In this document: piece by piece, positions 1 through 12,300 of the stretch
Position numbering within the stretch: the first letter of the stretch is position 1
How the letters are laid out: each line of letters begins with the position of its first letter
From: Gekko japonicus
Taxonomy: Eukaryota
Direction of reading: 5' to 3'
DNA: 64,000 nucleotides
Assembly: GCF_001447785.1 (NCBI RefSeq)
Contig: NW_015161976.1
Location: 613,269 to 677,268 of the forward strand
The notes under the pieces: generated by a model
The model's input: only the letters and a program-made list of their open reading frames with translations
Databases searched by the model: none
Told to the model about the DNA's origin: nothing
Made by a program: the position numbers and the translations under genes

Positions 1-429
1 TCAAAGTCAAATTATTTTACGGGAAAGACAAAGAGCCTAGGGCCTTGTCTTTCTGGCTCTTTTTGGGCTTCTTACAGAGCCCCTAGTCTAAGAGTCCCTA
101 GGCAGTGTTTCCTTAAATAGAGGCCTCCCCCAGCAGAGGTCAGGCAGCAGCTATTCAAATTCAAATTCACCCAGGCACTCAATCACAGGCAAAACAATGC
201 CCCTTCCACTTCCTCTCAATTACAGGCAATCCCAGTCAAACAATGCCCGTTCCTCTCCCACACTCAATCAGCCAGGACTCTGCAAGAACTCTAAGTGCTT
301 CCACACACTGCTAAACACAGTTTTCCCACAAAATATCCTTAGCTGAACTCTCTCAGCTGAAAGCAAGTAAAAGAAACCCACTCACCTCTCTCACAGCTCT
401 CTCTCCTGCTCCTGCTCAGAGCTCAGCTG

Positions 430-1015
430 GTCTCCTTGCAGAGAGGATGCAGTCTGGTGGTGATGTCCACCTGCAACCTCTCTGCCAAGGCCCTGATCTG
501 CGGGAGAACTGCTGGCTCCAGGAGACGCTTTGCCCCAGGCTTGCCATATGGGTGCACAGCATGTCTGTGGTGTCCTGGAAGGGTCTGAGGACACACACTG
601 TTTGGGAGAAGGTCAGCTAGTTGTTGGAGCTGATGCTGAGCTCCTCTTCCCTGTGCAGGATGGTCATGGAGGAGATGACATGCTGCATGGTGTTGTTCTG
701 CTCCATCAAATGTGCAATCATGGCATGGATGGAGTTCCTCATCCCCATTCCCCTGCCTCTCATGTAGTAGACAAGTTGACTTGATACTGTACTGAGTGGG
801 TGGCCAGGCCCTGGCAGGTCTTGAGCAAGGAATGCATCTCAAGGAGGGTAGCATCCCAGGTGGCCTTGACAATGCTCCCTGACACCAGAGCATCCTTCAC
901 CACCAAGTGAAGCATTGTGCCCGGCAGACGATGCCCTTGATGTGTACGTGCATAACTTCTGCCAGCATGTTGGCGGCGGGCCCATGACCATTTAGTCGCG
1001 GACGATGTTGCCACT
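430..1015 (-). pseudogene. hAT (ZBED-like) transposase remnant, frameshifted
   Basis: Minus-strand frames stitch to ANMLA..HIKGIVC..MLHLVVKDAL (CxxH region), (T)RNSIHAMIAHLMEQ (RWNS motif) and LTFSQTVCVLRPFQDTTDMLCTHMASLGQ, which are typical hAT catalytic-domain blocks. Stops and frameshifts are present. Confidence 0.75.
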
Positions 1016-3140
1016 GCCCACCCATTCCCTCAGGCTTCTCTGTATCACGTGGAAGTGATGTTTTGCCTGAATCAAAATAAAAATGTGAAGTCCTAAAATA
1101 TGGGGCTGCATAATGGCATCTCACTGATCTCAGTGGAATCTGACTGGAGTAACTTGACATAGGATTGCAGTGAGCCCATTTTGGGGAGGGCGGGGGAAAA
1201 ATCTGAAAAATAAACAAACAAGCATAAATAAAATGTCCTGCTTATCATTTGAATGTCAGCTCACCAGAGTTTTGGTGGAGGGATAGCTAGCAGTAGTTTG
1301 AATCTGGACAGGGAACAGAGAAGTTTTAGCAGAAGTTAGTTAAAATGAAATCATCCTTGGATGCGTTGCTGTGAGAACCTGATGCAGGATAAGCAGTTTT
1401 GCTGCTGGCCCTACAACTGTGCTTTCCTTCCACTATGCTCTGCTGCATGTTTGTAAATAACCAGGTAAAACAAAGTCTTCAGTGCTGCCTTATTCAAAGG
1501 AAACTAACCTCTGTTACATTGCCCATGCAGTGCTCACTGCACTGGAAAACAGGGAGTGCATGACAATAAAACTCACAGAAATACTTGGTACAGGGTTGGG
1601 GGGGGGAAGAGTAGGAATGTTGTGCAGCAATTCCTTTTCTTTGGGGGAACATAGCTGTTCATCCATGAAAATGCCATGGATGGATGAGAACATGTTGCCA
1701 AAATTTCTCTGACTGAATAACAACAAGCCGATTTATTTCTACAGTTACAGTAGGGGGGTGCGCTTATTTTAGGAGAGAAATTATTTTTGTTCTTGTGCAA
1801 ATATTTGCATATTTTGTGGCTTAATGGTTTGTGAAATCGTTTTGGATCATCTACCTGTGACTATTCCATTGTTGGGTGGCTGGTGGTTTTTTATTTTAAA
1901 AATGAAAGTGATGTTTCTATTTTTGCTGGTGGTTGCAAATGTTATTCTTTTCCACATTCCATTAACTTTTCAGCAAAGGTCCTTTTGAAAAATGTGACAA
2001 ATGTACTTAACATCCTGGGAAATAGTCAAGCCCAATGCCAAGCTCCTTTCCACATTGCCAGAGAAATTGAAAAAGACAAGGGATAGGTGAGTCGCGGTTG
2101 TTCAAAATGCTCTATGCTAGCAATGGCTTTTTAACATGTCTAAGCAGTCAGAGGACTGATTCAAAGAGACTTTGATGGAATAACCAGACTTTGCGCATTA
2201 GACTTGAAAGGCATTTGAATATATTCCCTTTCAATGTTTTAGCCTTGGCAGATCCAAGATTTACTTCCCGCTCTCTTTCAAGAAAATTGAAACTGTTTTA
2301 CATAGTTTTTCAAGTATTTCCAGAGAAACGCCACTGAAAAAATTGGTTATACAATCTTAATAACTCCTTTGATTATTCAGATTTTATAAGCCCAGGCCAG
2401 CTTTTTATTTTTAAATCCAGTAATGAAAAAAAGAAAGGAAGAAAAGAAATTAGGCAGACAGTGAAAGACTTTTATTTACTGGCTCCACAGATATAACAAA
2501 TATGTGACAAGTGTGGAGATTTATAGGAAAGAAGAAAGACTGCTTCCTCCTGTTCCTTTTTTCACACACTCCTGTACAGCTTTCTTTAGGGATTGGCACA
2601 AACCGGCTCACAAACTAAAGTTTGTGATTAATTTTGGCCAGTTCGTGGTTTGTGAACTGCAGTTTGTGGCAAGTTAACCAGCAAGAAGTTTCCACAAACT
2701 TTCAATCTGTTTGTGGAGATTTGGGCCAGTTCATGAATGGCTACATTTCTAGACAGACTGTCTCCACTCAAACAAAATGTTTACAAAACCTCAAAACAAT
2801 GGGGGGAGGACAGAATCCTCCAGGGCTGGTTCTGCTGGGCTTGCAAACTTCCCCCCCTGCTTGGATTGTGATTATGTGCTTGACATCAGTCCTTTTGAGC
2901 TGCCATTGCCACACTGCCACTGGGTTCTACTGTGCACTCTGTGATTGCACTGGTACTGCTGGGCACTCTGTACATTGTACTGGCTTTCCTGGGCTTGCAA
3001 AAATTTCCCCCTTGCTTGGATTGTTATTGAGCTGGCACTGCCACATTAGCACTGGGCTCTGCTGTGCACTAGTACATTACACTGGTTCTCCTGGGCTTCC
3101 AATCCCTGCCCCGCTTGGATTGTGATTCTGTGCTTGACAT

Positions 3141-3477
3141 TTTTGGAATATGCAAGGTCTATCGTGCATAGATAAAGGAGATGACAAGAACATCCTGTAG
3201 GGGGCCGCAGAGGGGACAACTAGTTAGCACAGTGAGATTAAGGACTTCCTCCTATTTTCAAATAGTCTCCCTCCTGTCTCCTGAGATGCTCAGTTTTAGG
3301 GCTGTTTCCTACTCCTGCTGAGAACAGTTCATTACTGACTCCTCCTAGCTAGTTAAGACAGTTAGACTTCCCTTTCTCTCTCCTCTTTTTTACAAAGTTT
3401 GTTCTCTTCTTAATAACTGACTTAATTCTTCAAATAGTTTGTGCTCCACTTTACTGCATATCTAAACTTTGCCAAGA
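3141..3477 (+). repeat. 5' LTR of copia element
   Basis: Aligns end to end with 7379-7708; the TG..CA ends are mutated to TT..GA. Confidence 0.9.
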
Positions 3478-3494
3478 GGGTTCTGGGCCCAGTA
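3478..3494 (+). other. Primer-binding site complementary to the anticodon arm of initiator tRNA-Met
   Basis: GGGTTCTGGGCCCAGTA versus the reverse complement of tRNAiMet TGCTGGGCCCATAACCC (15/17), immediately after the 5' LTR. Confidence 0.85.
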
Positions 3495-4558
3495 TGAGCT
3501 CTTCAGCTGTGAAAGAAAAAAGATAGATAAATTGGTAGGAAAAAGAAGATTGTGACTTTCTGCAGCATTCAGCACAGTTACCTGCTATATAGGCTTACAG
3601 AAAACTATTTTATATGGAATGACGGACTGAAGAGTCACCCACTTGAGACAGGACTGTGGCACACCATTAAAAATCCCCAACCAGGAGATGATGATTAAGC
3701 AAAGCAAACAGCCTGGGACGCTGACAACAAGAAGGCAAGAGGAGCCATGGAAAAAGGTTTGACTGATAGAGATGTTCTAAGAGTGATTCAAATGCAAACC
3801 GCTAAGGCTGTATGGTCTGAACTGGAGAGGCTTTATGTAAATTCATCTCTGGAAAGCTAGCTCTACTTACAAAAGAGACTGTTTAGCACTGAGATGTCAG
3901 AAGGGGTAACTTGCGTGACCACTTAGATGAAATCCTTAGTCTAACTCAACAGTTAAGAAGCACTGGGAATTAGATTGCAGACCAGGACTTGATTGTGTTG
4001 CTGTTGATTAGCCTGCCAAAGTCTTATGAAAATGCCGTGTCTCAAATTGAAGCAAAAGGAAAATTGTCTCTCACAGAAGTAATAAACCAACTTTAGCAGA
4101 CATATAAACATAGACCGTTTGAGGAATCTAACAAGAATGTTGAACCAAATATTGATCAAGTAGCTCTAAATGTAAATAGCAAGACTGAAATAATTTGTCA
4201 TTATGTGGAAACCAGGGTACATTAAAAGAAACTGCAGTGCTTTTAAGCAAAAGGGTGCCTTTTCAAAAGAAAGAAAAGGGGAGAATTCCAAGCAGCCACC
4301 ACTGAAAAAGTGTTTTAGATTGAGTCAAGGAGCTACCAAATGCCACACTGGGTATTTGGACAGTGCATGGACAGTGCATGCACAGTGCACATGTGTTACA
4401 TAAAGACTCTTTTGAGACACTAAATGAAGAAAGGAGAGAGACATTAAGTGCAGCAAACAGGAGATCTGTGGTTGCAGAAGGGGTTGGCTCAGGAACAGTA
4501 AAATGCAAGCTCCCAGATGGACAAATCAGAGCGGTCCTCATTGAAAATTGCTTGTATG

Positions 4559-4765
4559 CAGTGTTCTCTCTAAGCTGAGTTAGTGTGAGCTAGCTCACAG
4601 TTTTTTTAGCCTCCAGCTCAGACATTTTTGTCTTAGCTCAGGAAGGATTGTGCCTGAGCAAACTAATTTATGCAGTAGCAAAATCGTTCGCTCACAACTT
4701 TATTGTCAGTAGCTCACAAAGTAGAATTTTTGCTCTCAAGACTCCATAGCTTAGAGAGAGCATTG
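4559..4765 (+). mobile_element. hAT MITE, family A (~207 bp, TIR CAGTGTTCCCTCTAAGCTG)
   Basis: Interrupts the copia ENCLY|VP codons; homologous to 14832-15039, 22594-22799 and 52119-52324. Confidence 0.9.
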
Positions 4766-5580
4766 TGTGCCACAATTAGCAAACAACCTGGTTTCTATAA
4801 GAGTACTTGCAAAAAAGTGGAATGGTCATGTTGTTTGGAGAAAAATGTTTTATTAAGCAAAAGGAGAATTGATTGCAACTGGGAAAGTACATCAGAACTT
4901 ATAATGCTTTAGAGACATGTATGCAAAGTGCAAACTGAACTAAACATTGCAATCACAAGAAATGTTCCTGGGTATGGCATAGATGTTTAGAACATAGAGG
5001 TAATTATGCTATTGCCCAACATGAAAGCCAGAACTTGACAAACAGCATACAAATAAACAAGTTCATTATTGAAAGAAACTGTATGCATTACATTCAAGCT
5101 AAACTAACCAGACTTAGCTTCAGTAAGAACCATGAGACAAGCCAGACACAGAGCCCTCTGGAGCTCATACATAGTGATGTTTGTGGTCCAGTGAAGACTG
5201 AGACCTCTGGGGGAACAGATATATACTAACTTTTATTGATGATTTTTCCAAACTATACAGTAACCTACTTGATCAGAGAGAAAAGTCAAATATTGGAGAA
5301 ATGTAAGGCATATGTTGCAATGGTCAACAACAGATTCCAGAGAAAGCCACTGGCAATTCACACCGCCAATGGAGGAGAATATGTGGGACATAACATGAAG
5401 AAGTATCTAACTGAATAAAGAGTAGAGCATCAGCTTACACTCCAGAACAAAATGGTGTAGCAGAAAGGAAGAATCGCTCCCTGACTGAGATGTGCAGATG
5501 CATGCTGCTTGAAGCAGAGCTACCTGAGAAATATTCAGGAGAAGCAATCAACATTGCTACCTATCTACAGAACAGACTTA

Positions 5581-6041
5581 CCATGTCAGATTACACAGGG
5601 AAGCCATTGAAATTATTCACAAACATAAACATAATTTCAACAGGAAAGAAGAGAATTTTAAAATAAATAGGACATGGTTTCCTGTCCTGAAAAACACAAA
5701 AGGCTTTACATCAGACAATAGCACTACAGATAAGATTAGAATTTCAACAACCTCCTCAGGAAGCAGGAAACCTCCTCAGGAAACAAAAGAACCTCCTCAG
5801 GAAAGCTCCTCCATTAGCATGTCCATAGCCTGGGGAACTCCTACAAGACAGTGACTCAGCCCTACCCAGCTTCTGGAGTAGATATAAATTTACTGCCTAC
5901 CATTTTCTTCTCACCTTGACACAGAGAGTATTCCATCTTTCTGTGTTTATACCTCTGAGGATGCCAGTCACAGTTACTGGCAAAACGTCAGGTTCTACAA
6001 TGCCAAGACCATGGCCACATATCCCGGAAAATCTACAGCAA
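5581..6041 (+). mobile_element. Penelope-like element, 3' fragment (GIY-YIG C-terminus + pseudo-LTR)
   Basis: RLHREAIEI..HKHKHNFNRKEENFKINRTWFPVL. Flanked by duplicated CTACAGAACAGA (5565-5576, 6042-6053) inside the copia integrase YLQNRLP. Internal AACCTCCTCAGGAA x3. Confidence 0.85.
5952..5992 (+). ncRNA. Minimal type I hammerhead ribozyme motif (GAAA box mutated to AAAA)
   Basis: CCT-CTGAGGA-TGCCAG tcacagtta CTGGC-AAAAC-GTC-AGG gives the CUGANGA core, stem II GCCAG/CTGGC, a GUC cleavage triplet and stem I CCT/AGG. Confidence 0.75.
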
Positions 6042-6293
6042 CTACAGAACAGATTGCCTACCAAAGGGCCCAGAAACACACCATATGAACTATGGTATGG
6101 GCACAAGCCCAGTATGAACCACTTGAAAGTATTTGGGTCAAGAGCTTTCACCTACATCCCTAAAGAGAAATGAACCAAGATGGATCTGAGAACTGAACAA
6201 AGTATTTTTGTAGGATATTCACTGGGAGGTAAAGGATATAGAATCCTTAACCCAAGAACAGAAACTGTAAAAATCTGCAACATAGTGTACATT

Positions 6294-6825
6294 GGCCCCG
6301 GTCACACGAGCAGGAAACCGCGGGGGGGAAGCGTGGCAGTGTGCCCCGGGGCAAACTAAGGCGCCGTTACCTGACCAGACCTCCCGTGGAGGTACCGTGG
6401 AGGTACCGTGGAGATCCCGTGGGAAGGGAGAGGTGTCGATCGCGGCACAATCCTGCGCGCAAAAACGAAGCACGCGGTTCGGCAAACTGGATAGTTTTTT
6501 TTTCTGTACAGCACGACTGCGCATGCTCGGTAGGGTGCTTTTGCGCATCCACGAAGACATGGGGGAAAAAACGTTTTCGCGAGGACGGGAACATGGGCGG
6601 GCGCCGGATGCCTCCGGAAACGCGATCCGACGCCTGCCCTTGCCCCGCGGCTTCCGGATACTAGTACCTCCGAGGTACTAGTATTTTGCTGCGCGGTTTC
6701 AGCGGGAAGCCTCGTTTGAGCCCCGGGTGTGCTACGCTTCCCAGATGTGCTGGTGGGATCGCGTCCGGAAACTCCGCATGTCTTCTGTCTGACTAGGGTG
6801 GCTAATGTTCCGTGTGACCACAGCC
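6294..6825 (+). mobile_element. PIF/Harbinger-type MITE, CpG-rich
   Basis: TIRs GGCCCCGGTCACACG / CGTGTGACCACAGCC; 3-bp TSD ATT; splits the copia VYI|DE codons. Confidence 0.85.
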
Positions 6826-7378
6826 ATTGATGAGAAAGAAGAATCTACAATACTGAAAAAGTGGACATCAGAAAATTCATACCAAGAGAAGAAAATAAAG
6901 CACAGCCACCAGAAACAGTGCAATCTGAGCACCATGGACCATACAGATGACGCACCTGCAGAGCTGCAAGAACCAAAAGGGTCTGCAGAGCCAGATGTCA
7001 GATCATTAACTAGAACAAACAAGGGAATACCACCAAGAAGACTGTCCTACCTGACAAAAAGAAAGGCTGTAACTGAACCTTTCACATGGGAAGACATAGA
7101 AAGAATGACTACCAACCAAGCAGAAAGATGGAGGAAGGCTGCAGAACAGGAGACTGAATCCCTAATAAAAAACCAAACATGGACACTCACAAAACTACCT
7201 CTGAGAAAGAGGACAGTAGGATGCAAATGGGCCTTCAAAACCAAATATGATGCAGGAGGAGAAATACATAAGATATGATGGCAGATGCACTTACTGAGCC
7301 ACTTCCATGTGAGAAATTTGAGAGTCTATGCAAGAAGATGAAGCTTGTGGACTTTGCGCACTAGACCTTGAGAAGGGG

Positions 7379-7708
7379 TGTTGGAATATGCAAGGTCTAT
7401 GCATAGATTAAAAAGATGATAAGAACCTCCTGCAGGGAGCAGCAGAAGGGGCAACTAGTTAGCATAGTGATACTAGTGGTTTCTGACAATTTTCAAATAC
7501 TCTCCTTCCTGTCTCATGAGACGCTCAGTTTTAGGGATCTTTTCCGCTCTTGCTGAGAATAGTTCATTACTGACTCCTCCTAGCTAGTTAGACAGACTTC
7601 TCTTTCTGTCTCCTCTTTCTTACAAAGTTTGTTCTCTTCTTAATAAACCAACTTAAGTTTTTAAATAGCTTGTGCTCCTCTTTACTGCATATCTAAACTC
7701 TGCCAGCA
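7379..7708 (+). repeat. 3' LTR of copia element
   Basis: TG...CA ends, preceded by the PPT and followed by the TSD GACAT. Confidence 0.92.
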
Positions 7709-8329
7709 GACATCAGTCCTGTTGAGCTGGCATTGCCACATTTACACTGGGTTCTGTTGGGCATTTTGTGATTGCACTGGTACTGCTGGGCACTCTGTAC
7801 ATTGTACTGCTTTTGCTGGGCTTGCTGGGCTTGCAAAAATGCCCACCACTTGCTTGGATTGTGATTGAGCTTGCATTGCCTCATTGGCACTGGGTTCTGT
7901 TTCAGTTTCTACTGCAGAGATTCTCTGAGACTTTGATTTTGTTCTGCTGGGTTTCTATTGGCTTTGCTTTTTTTGCTTCCCCCCTCTATTCGAAACAATG
8001 GAGGATGGGGGGACCTTCTTGGACCACATCAATCCTCACCAAATTTGGAGGGCAGGTAGAGGAGAGTCAGCTGGCAACCCCCTGTGAGTTTGGTATCTGT
8101 AGCACCCTGGGGGCCTTTCTACCAGGCCACAAGCCTTATGAACTGAACTGGTTCATTTGGCTCTTAAAAGTTCATGACAGTTTGTGGTTTATGAACAAGG
8201 TACACCATGAACCACAAACCGAACTGCATTTTCCCGGTTTATGCCCATCCCTAGCTCTCTTCATTGTCCTACTCTTTACATTACTTTTTGTTGTGATACA
8301 TGGAAACTATGTTATGTGTATATATGGAG

Positions 8330-8468
8330 TATAGGAGGTGCAACAGCAGGGGAGGGCTACTGCCTTTATGCTCTAGCATAGATTTCCTGGAGGCATCCCA
8401 TTAACTGTTGTGGCAAATGGGATGCTGGAAAATGGGACTAGATGAACCTTTAGTCTGATCCAGCTGGA
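8330..8468 (+). mobile_element. Old CR1 3'-UTR fragment
   Basis: GGATGCTGGA..GGACTAGATG..TCTGATCCAGC resembles the CR1 3' end seen at 50040-50095. Confidence 0.5.
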
Positions 8469-9355
8469 TTTAATGCAGTTTCCTCAAAAGGTGTCAACAT
8501 CATCATGTTTCTCATCTTACTCTCTTGCTTTACAGAAACCCCCCCTTTCTCCTCAAAACTCTTCTTCAGTTCATTTTTGTCTTCAGATCACAAGCTTCTT
8601 GACCATCAAAGATTTTTCACTTTCCACTGCTAGTTAGCCCTCCTACAATCAAACAGTAACTGCTTCTTAATAGCAGAAAGACCTTAATTATTCCACATGA
8701 ACTCTAGTGTATACCCATTATTATTGTACAAGCATATTCCTTGAAGAAATAACAAGCAACACATACACTGTCAGGAAAATCCATCGCATTTTGCCATGTA
8801 CTAAACACTTGTACAGAACAGTGTGCTTCAATTGTTTGGAAAATGCATTGGATCTAAGAGGTAGATGAAAATAATGTGCACCAAATGAGATTTCGTCATG
8901 CAATAAATACATCTCATGGAGTCTCTTGGTCTTTGTGCCATGTTGTCCACAATAACCATTTCTAGAAGTGTGAGTATCCCCTTACAAGAACTCTGTAACC
9001 TCCCTGATTCATCCCTAACCAATTGTGCTAAAGAGCAAGTAAGGATCATGTTATGTTGAGAAAATGGTGGGCACCCAGGTTGTCTTATAAATTATTTCCA
9101 CCCTTTTACAATAATGCACAGAATGCTACACACCATTATGATATGAAGGCTTAATGGTCCTAGGTCTAGTGTGGCTGGAGTGAGGGCCCCCCTCCTTCAT
9201 GGGCACTCTCCCTCCTCCCTCCTTTTCCTTCTGAAAAACAAAATGTTTGTGAAGGTGCAGCAAGGGATGAGAGGAGACAGAGATGCATAAAGGCAACAAA
9301 ATTCAATTTAGTTGACAAACAATTTAAATGCTTAATTAGGAATGGGAGGAAAAAC

Positions 9356-9372
9356 CCTGAGCAGGTGGCGCA
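9356..9372 (+). promoter_or_regulatory. CTCF-like motif in putative conserved non-coding sequence
   Basis: CTGAGCAGGTGGCGCA resembles the CTCF core CCASYAGRKGGCRS and lies in unique, TAAT-rich sequence. Confidence 0.35.
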
Positions 9373-12300
9373 TTATTCTGCCAAATGAGAGTGAGCGCAG
9401 AGCGTTTGCCTGAATCAAAATGAAAAATGTGAAGTCCTGAAATATGGGGCTGCATAATGGCATTTGAGCTGTTAAGACAAGCTTCTGATGAGTAGAAGAA
9501 ACTCAACCAGGACAGGAGGAAAGACTCCTATTTGCCTGCGGTAAGACAGAGTCCCAATTCTGTACTTGAGATTTACAGGGATTCATCCTCCTTGCATTTG
9601 CTGTGGCTACATTTGCTCATTCCCAGCGGATGGGCAAAATGATGGCCCAGAAGAAAACTGCCTCATTTCAATCGCTCCAGCTGTGCCTTTCTACCATCTC
9701 TACCTTCTGCTGCCAAATTCCCTAATTTATTAGTTTTGCCTCCCCCGCACCCCAATATTAAAATATTGCTAATTTGTTAAATGAAGAAAAGGCTAAGGCA
9801 AGACTCATGAAAGGAGAAAAATATTTTTTTAAAATAGCATCTGTTGAAACTTTAAAATTATTTAGGACTGTTTATGCACTGTATAAATAATGGGTTTCTT
9901 GTCCCCAGTGGGTAAGAGATCTTTGTTTTGGGGAAGATTGTCCTCTTGAAGGTAGGCAAGGAAGTAGGTCTGCAGTCTGTGATAAAGAATATTGTAAAAA
10001 GATAATAAATAACAAGGCATTATTCTCGTTATTTATTTAAGCCCAAAGAACAGACTCTAGAGGACCCAGGGTAGTATTTGTATAGGAGAGGGGGAAGTAG
10101 CTAAGTCCTGTTTTTGTCAGACAGCTCTGTGTTTATGTCTGTATCAAATACGGCAATGCACAGAGCATAGATCTTTTTCTTGCAGTCAGACAAGGCCCTG
10201 TAACCTCTTGGCTGTCAAAAAGAAACATGTTTTCATTAAAAGAACGTCACATTTCTGTGCCCTCATAGCATATGCAGAGAGTGCTAAAGGAGTATGCGTT
10301 TGGCGTTGTTTCCCTTTGTTTCCTGTGGAAAGCATCTTGCTGTACTGCATTAATACAACTGTTGGAAGGCGGGGGGAGGACACACAAAAGGACTAAATGG
10401 CTACAGGAGAAAAAGGCTGATCACTTCATCACAGGACTGATTGCAGTTCCAGTAGAATCTGGAAGCCTTGGTAGAAGGCAGAGACAAAAGCCATGTAGTC
10501 ACTAAAAAAAGTGGTTCTTTCTTCCAGCTTCTTGTATGGGATCAGCCTTGAGGATAATCCTGAGGGCAAGAATTTCGAGAGACTTCCCATGGGGGGATTG
10601 GGGAGAGCATAATATTCAGGAAAACTGGGTTGAAATGCACGGCTGCATTTTTATTAGTGGGAAATTTCACATTGTGGTAAGAGAATGTTTCTCCAATGAA
10701 CAGCCTTATGAAACCAAACAAGGCACAAAATGAGAGCGAGAAGACCCCTTGACCTCTAAAACATTCCAAGCAAGTCGATGCTCCTCTGGATCTTGAATGG
10801 CATTTGTTAACATTGAGAAATAAAAGCAAAGCCTTCATTCAAAAGTGATGGATTCTGGGAGGGGGATTCAGAACAACCAGAATTTCTCATATGGCTGTGT
10901 CTACCTGAAAATTCCTATTTCTAGTTCACTTCTCCCTTGTGCAAAATGAACCTGCAAGTCTTGAATTTTGTGCCATTTTCTGCTGCCTTGCACAGGTTTT
11001 TTTTTGGTTAAAGGCATTTATTTTTTTCAATATTGTGTGTCAGTAAGCCAGCTTTGAACATTTTGGGGTTGAATCCAGTGGGAAAGCTAACAGGAGTTGG
11101 CAGAGCAGATCTTTCCCTGTCGTCTCATCTTCATACAGCCTACTATCATTCCTGAAAATCCTCTATGAAGATTGGGAGACCCTCACGAACAAAATACCTC
11201 AAAGCATGGGATAATACTGCAGCTATGAGAGGGAGTCAGGTAACCTTACCTCCTCCTCCTCCACAAACGCAGAGCAACTGATTGGTCAGTATATAAAACT
11301 GGGTGGCAGACCAGATGGACTACTGCTGTGATCCAGCTGTGTACCTCTTACATTCTTAAAAAGTTCTTTCCACAAAGGAGAGACATTTGCCTGTAGGAAA
11401 GCCCTGTACTTAGCTAAACAGAGTGGTAGGATGCAACCCATAGGGTTGGATCCAACCAGGATTTACACTGATAAAAAAAGGAAGGTGGGGTCTGCTTTGA
11501 CCACTAAAAGGCTATGTTGAGGTTCATGGAGCCTGCATGGACAAAAGCCATGTGGGATGAGGGCTTTAGTAAGGAGGGGAACTGAGTGACATTGAGTGAA
11601 AAAGTTGGTAGGATACAACTCATAGTGTGTATAAACACCATATGTATTGTGCATAAAAACTGTCCAACATGCATATGCAATTTTTCACAATGGTTCATAG
11701 TCAACAGTGGATTGAGATAACCACTGCATGATTCTTGGTCATCTGAATCTACTCTTGAATTATGAGCTGCTGTGAAGTTTGATTTTCATGTTTTGTCTCA
11801 AGGGCATAACTAGACTTTACAGGATCCAGAGGTCTAATCCATGGATGCTGCTGCCTTTTTGCAGCTGAACTCAAGGGAGGAACAAAAGTGCCTGGTTCTG
11901 ATGCACTGTGGGCCTAATGGGGCCCTTGCAGCATTTTAAGATGGCCTGAGTTCAACTGTAAAAAATAATGAGTTACGTCCTTCATACCAAGCTGGAGATG
12001 GAATGCATTTAAACAATTATTGGGATCTCTTAGAACTGGAATTTGTTAAACTGGCTACCAAAATTTCTGTTGCAATATCAGTATTAAAATCTTGAAGACC
12101 CCAGGAAGACCCCTTTTAGGGATTTTTCGGGGTTCTTTTTTAGTGTTTAAGCAATTCAAATGTTTGTTTGTTCTTGACACTGGGAAATTCATTGGGGAAA
12201 TATAAGTCTCCTGATTGGATAGCATGAAATAATGTGTTACTGAATGAAGGGAAAAATACTACTAAAGTTTAATACAGATTCATTTCTTTTTCACTGAGGT

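Larger units (their letters stand above)
3141..7708 (+). mobile_element. Ty1/copia LTR retrotransposon, degenerate, with most of RT/RNase H deleted
   Basis: LTRs 3141-3477 and 7379-7708. 5-bp TSD GACAT (3136-3140, 7709-7713). PBS 3478-3494 and PPT GAGAAGGGG 7370-7378. Domain order is gag (TAKAVWSELERLY, degenerate CCHC knuckle ~4196), protease (YLDSA), integrase (PLELIHSDVCGP, TPEQNGVAERKNRSL, TPYELWYG), RT start (VGCKWAFKTK), RNase H end (ADALTEPL). Confidence 0.95.
2587..8253. mobile_element. Non-autonomous hAT element with internal ~120-bp tandem repeats, interrupted by the copia provirus
   Basis: TIRs TAGGGATTGGCACAAACC / GGTTTATGCCCATCCCTA. 8-bp TSD gctttctt (2579-2586) / gctctctt (8254-8261). 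Subterminal GTTCGTGGTTTG-like motifs. Related copies start near 43702 and 52331. Confidence 0.8.

Noticed and set aside
1974-2086. Possible exon (TTTTCAG ... GTGAGT)
   Set aside because: All three frames contain a stop and no partner exons were identified; at most non-coding and unsupported.
6219-6681. Overlapping GC-rich ORFs (also 27781-28182 and 39864-40546)
   Set aside because: They lie within non-coding MITEs and are stop-poor only because of GC content.
9484-9505. CTGATGAG..GAAAC hammerhead-like string
   Set aside because: No stem II between the boxes and no stem I pairing.
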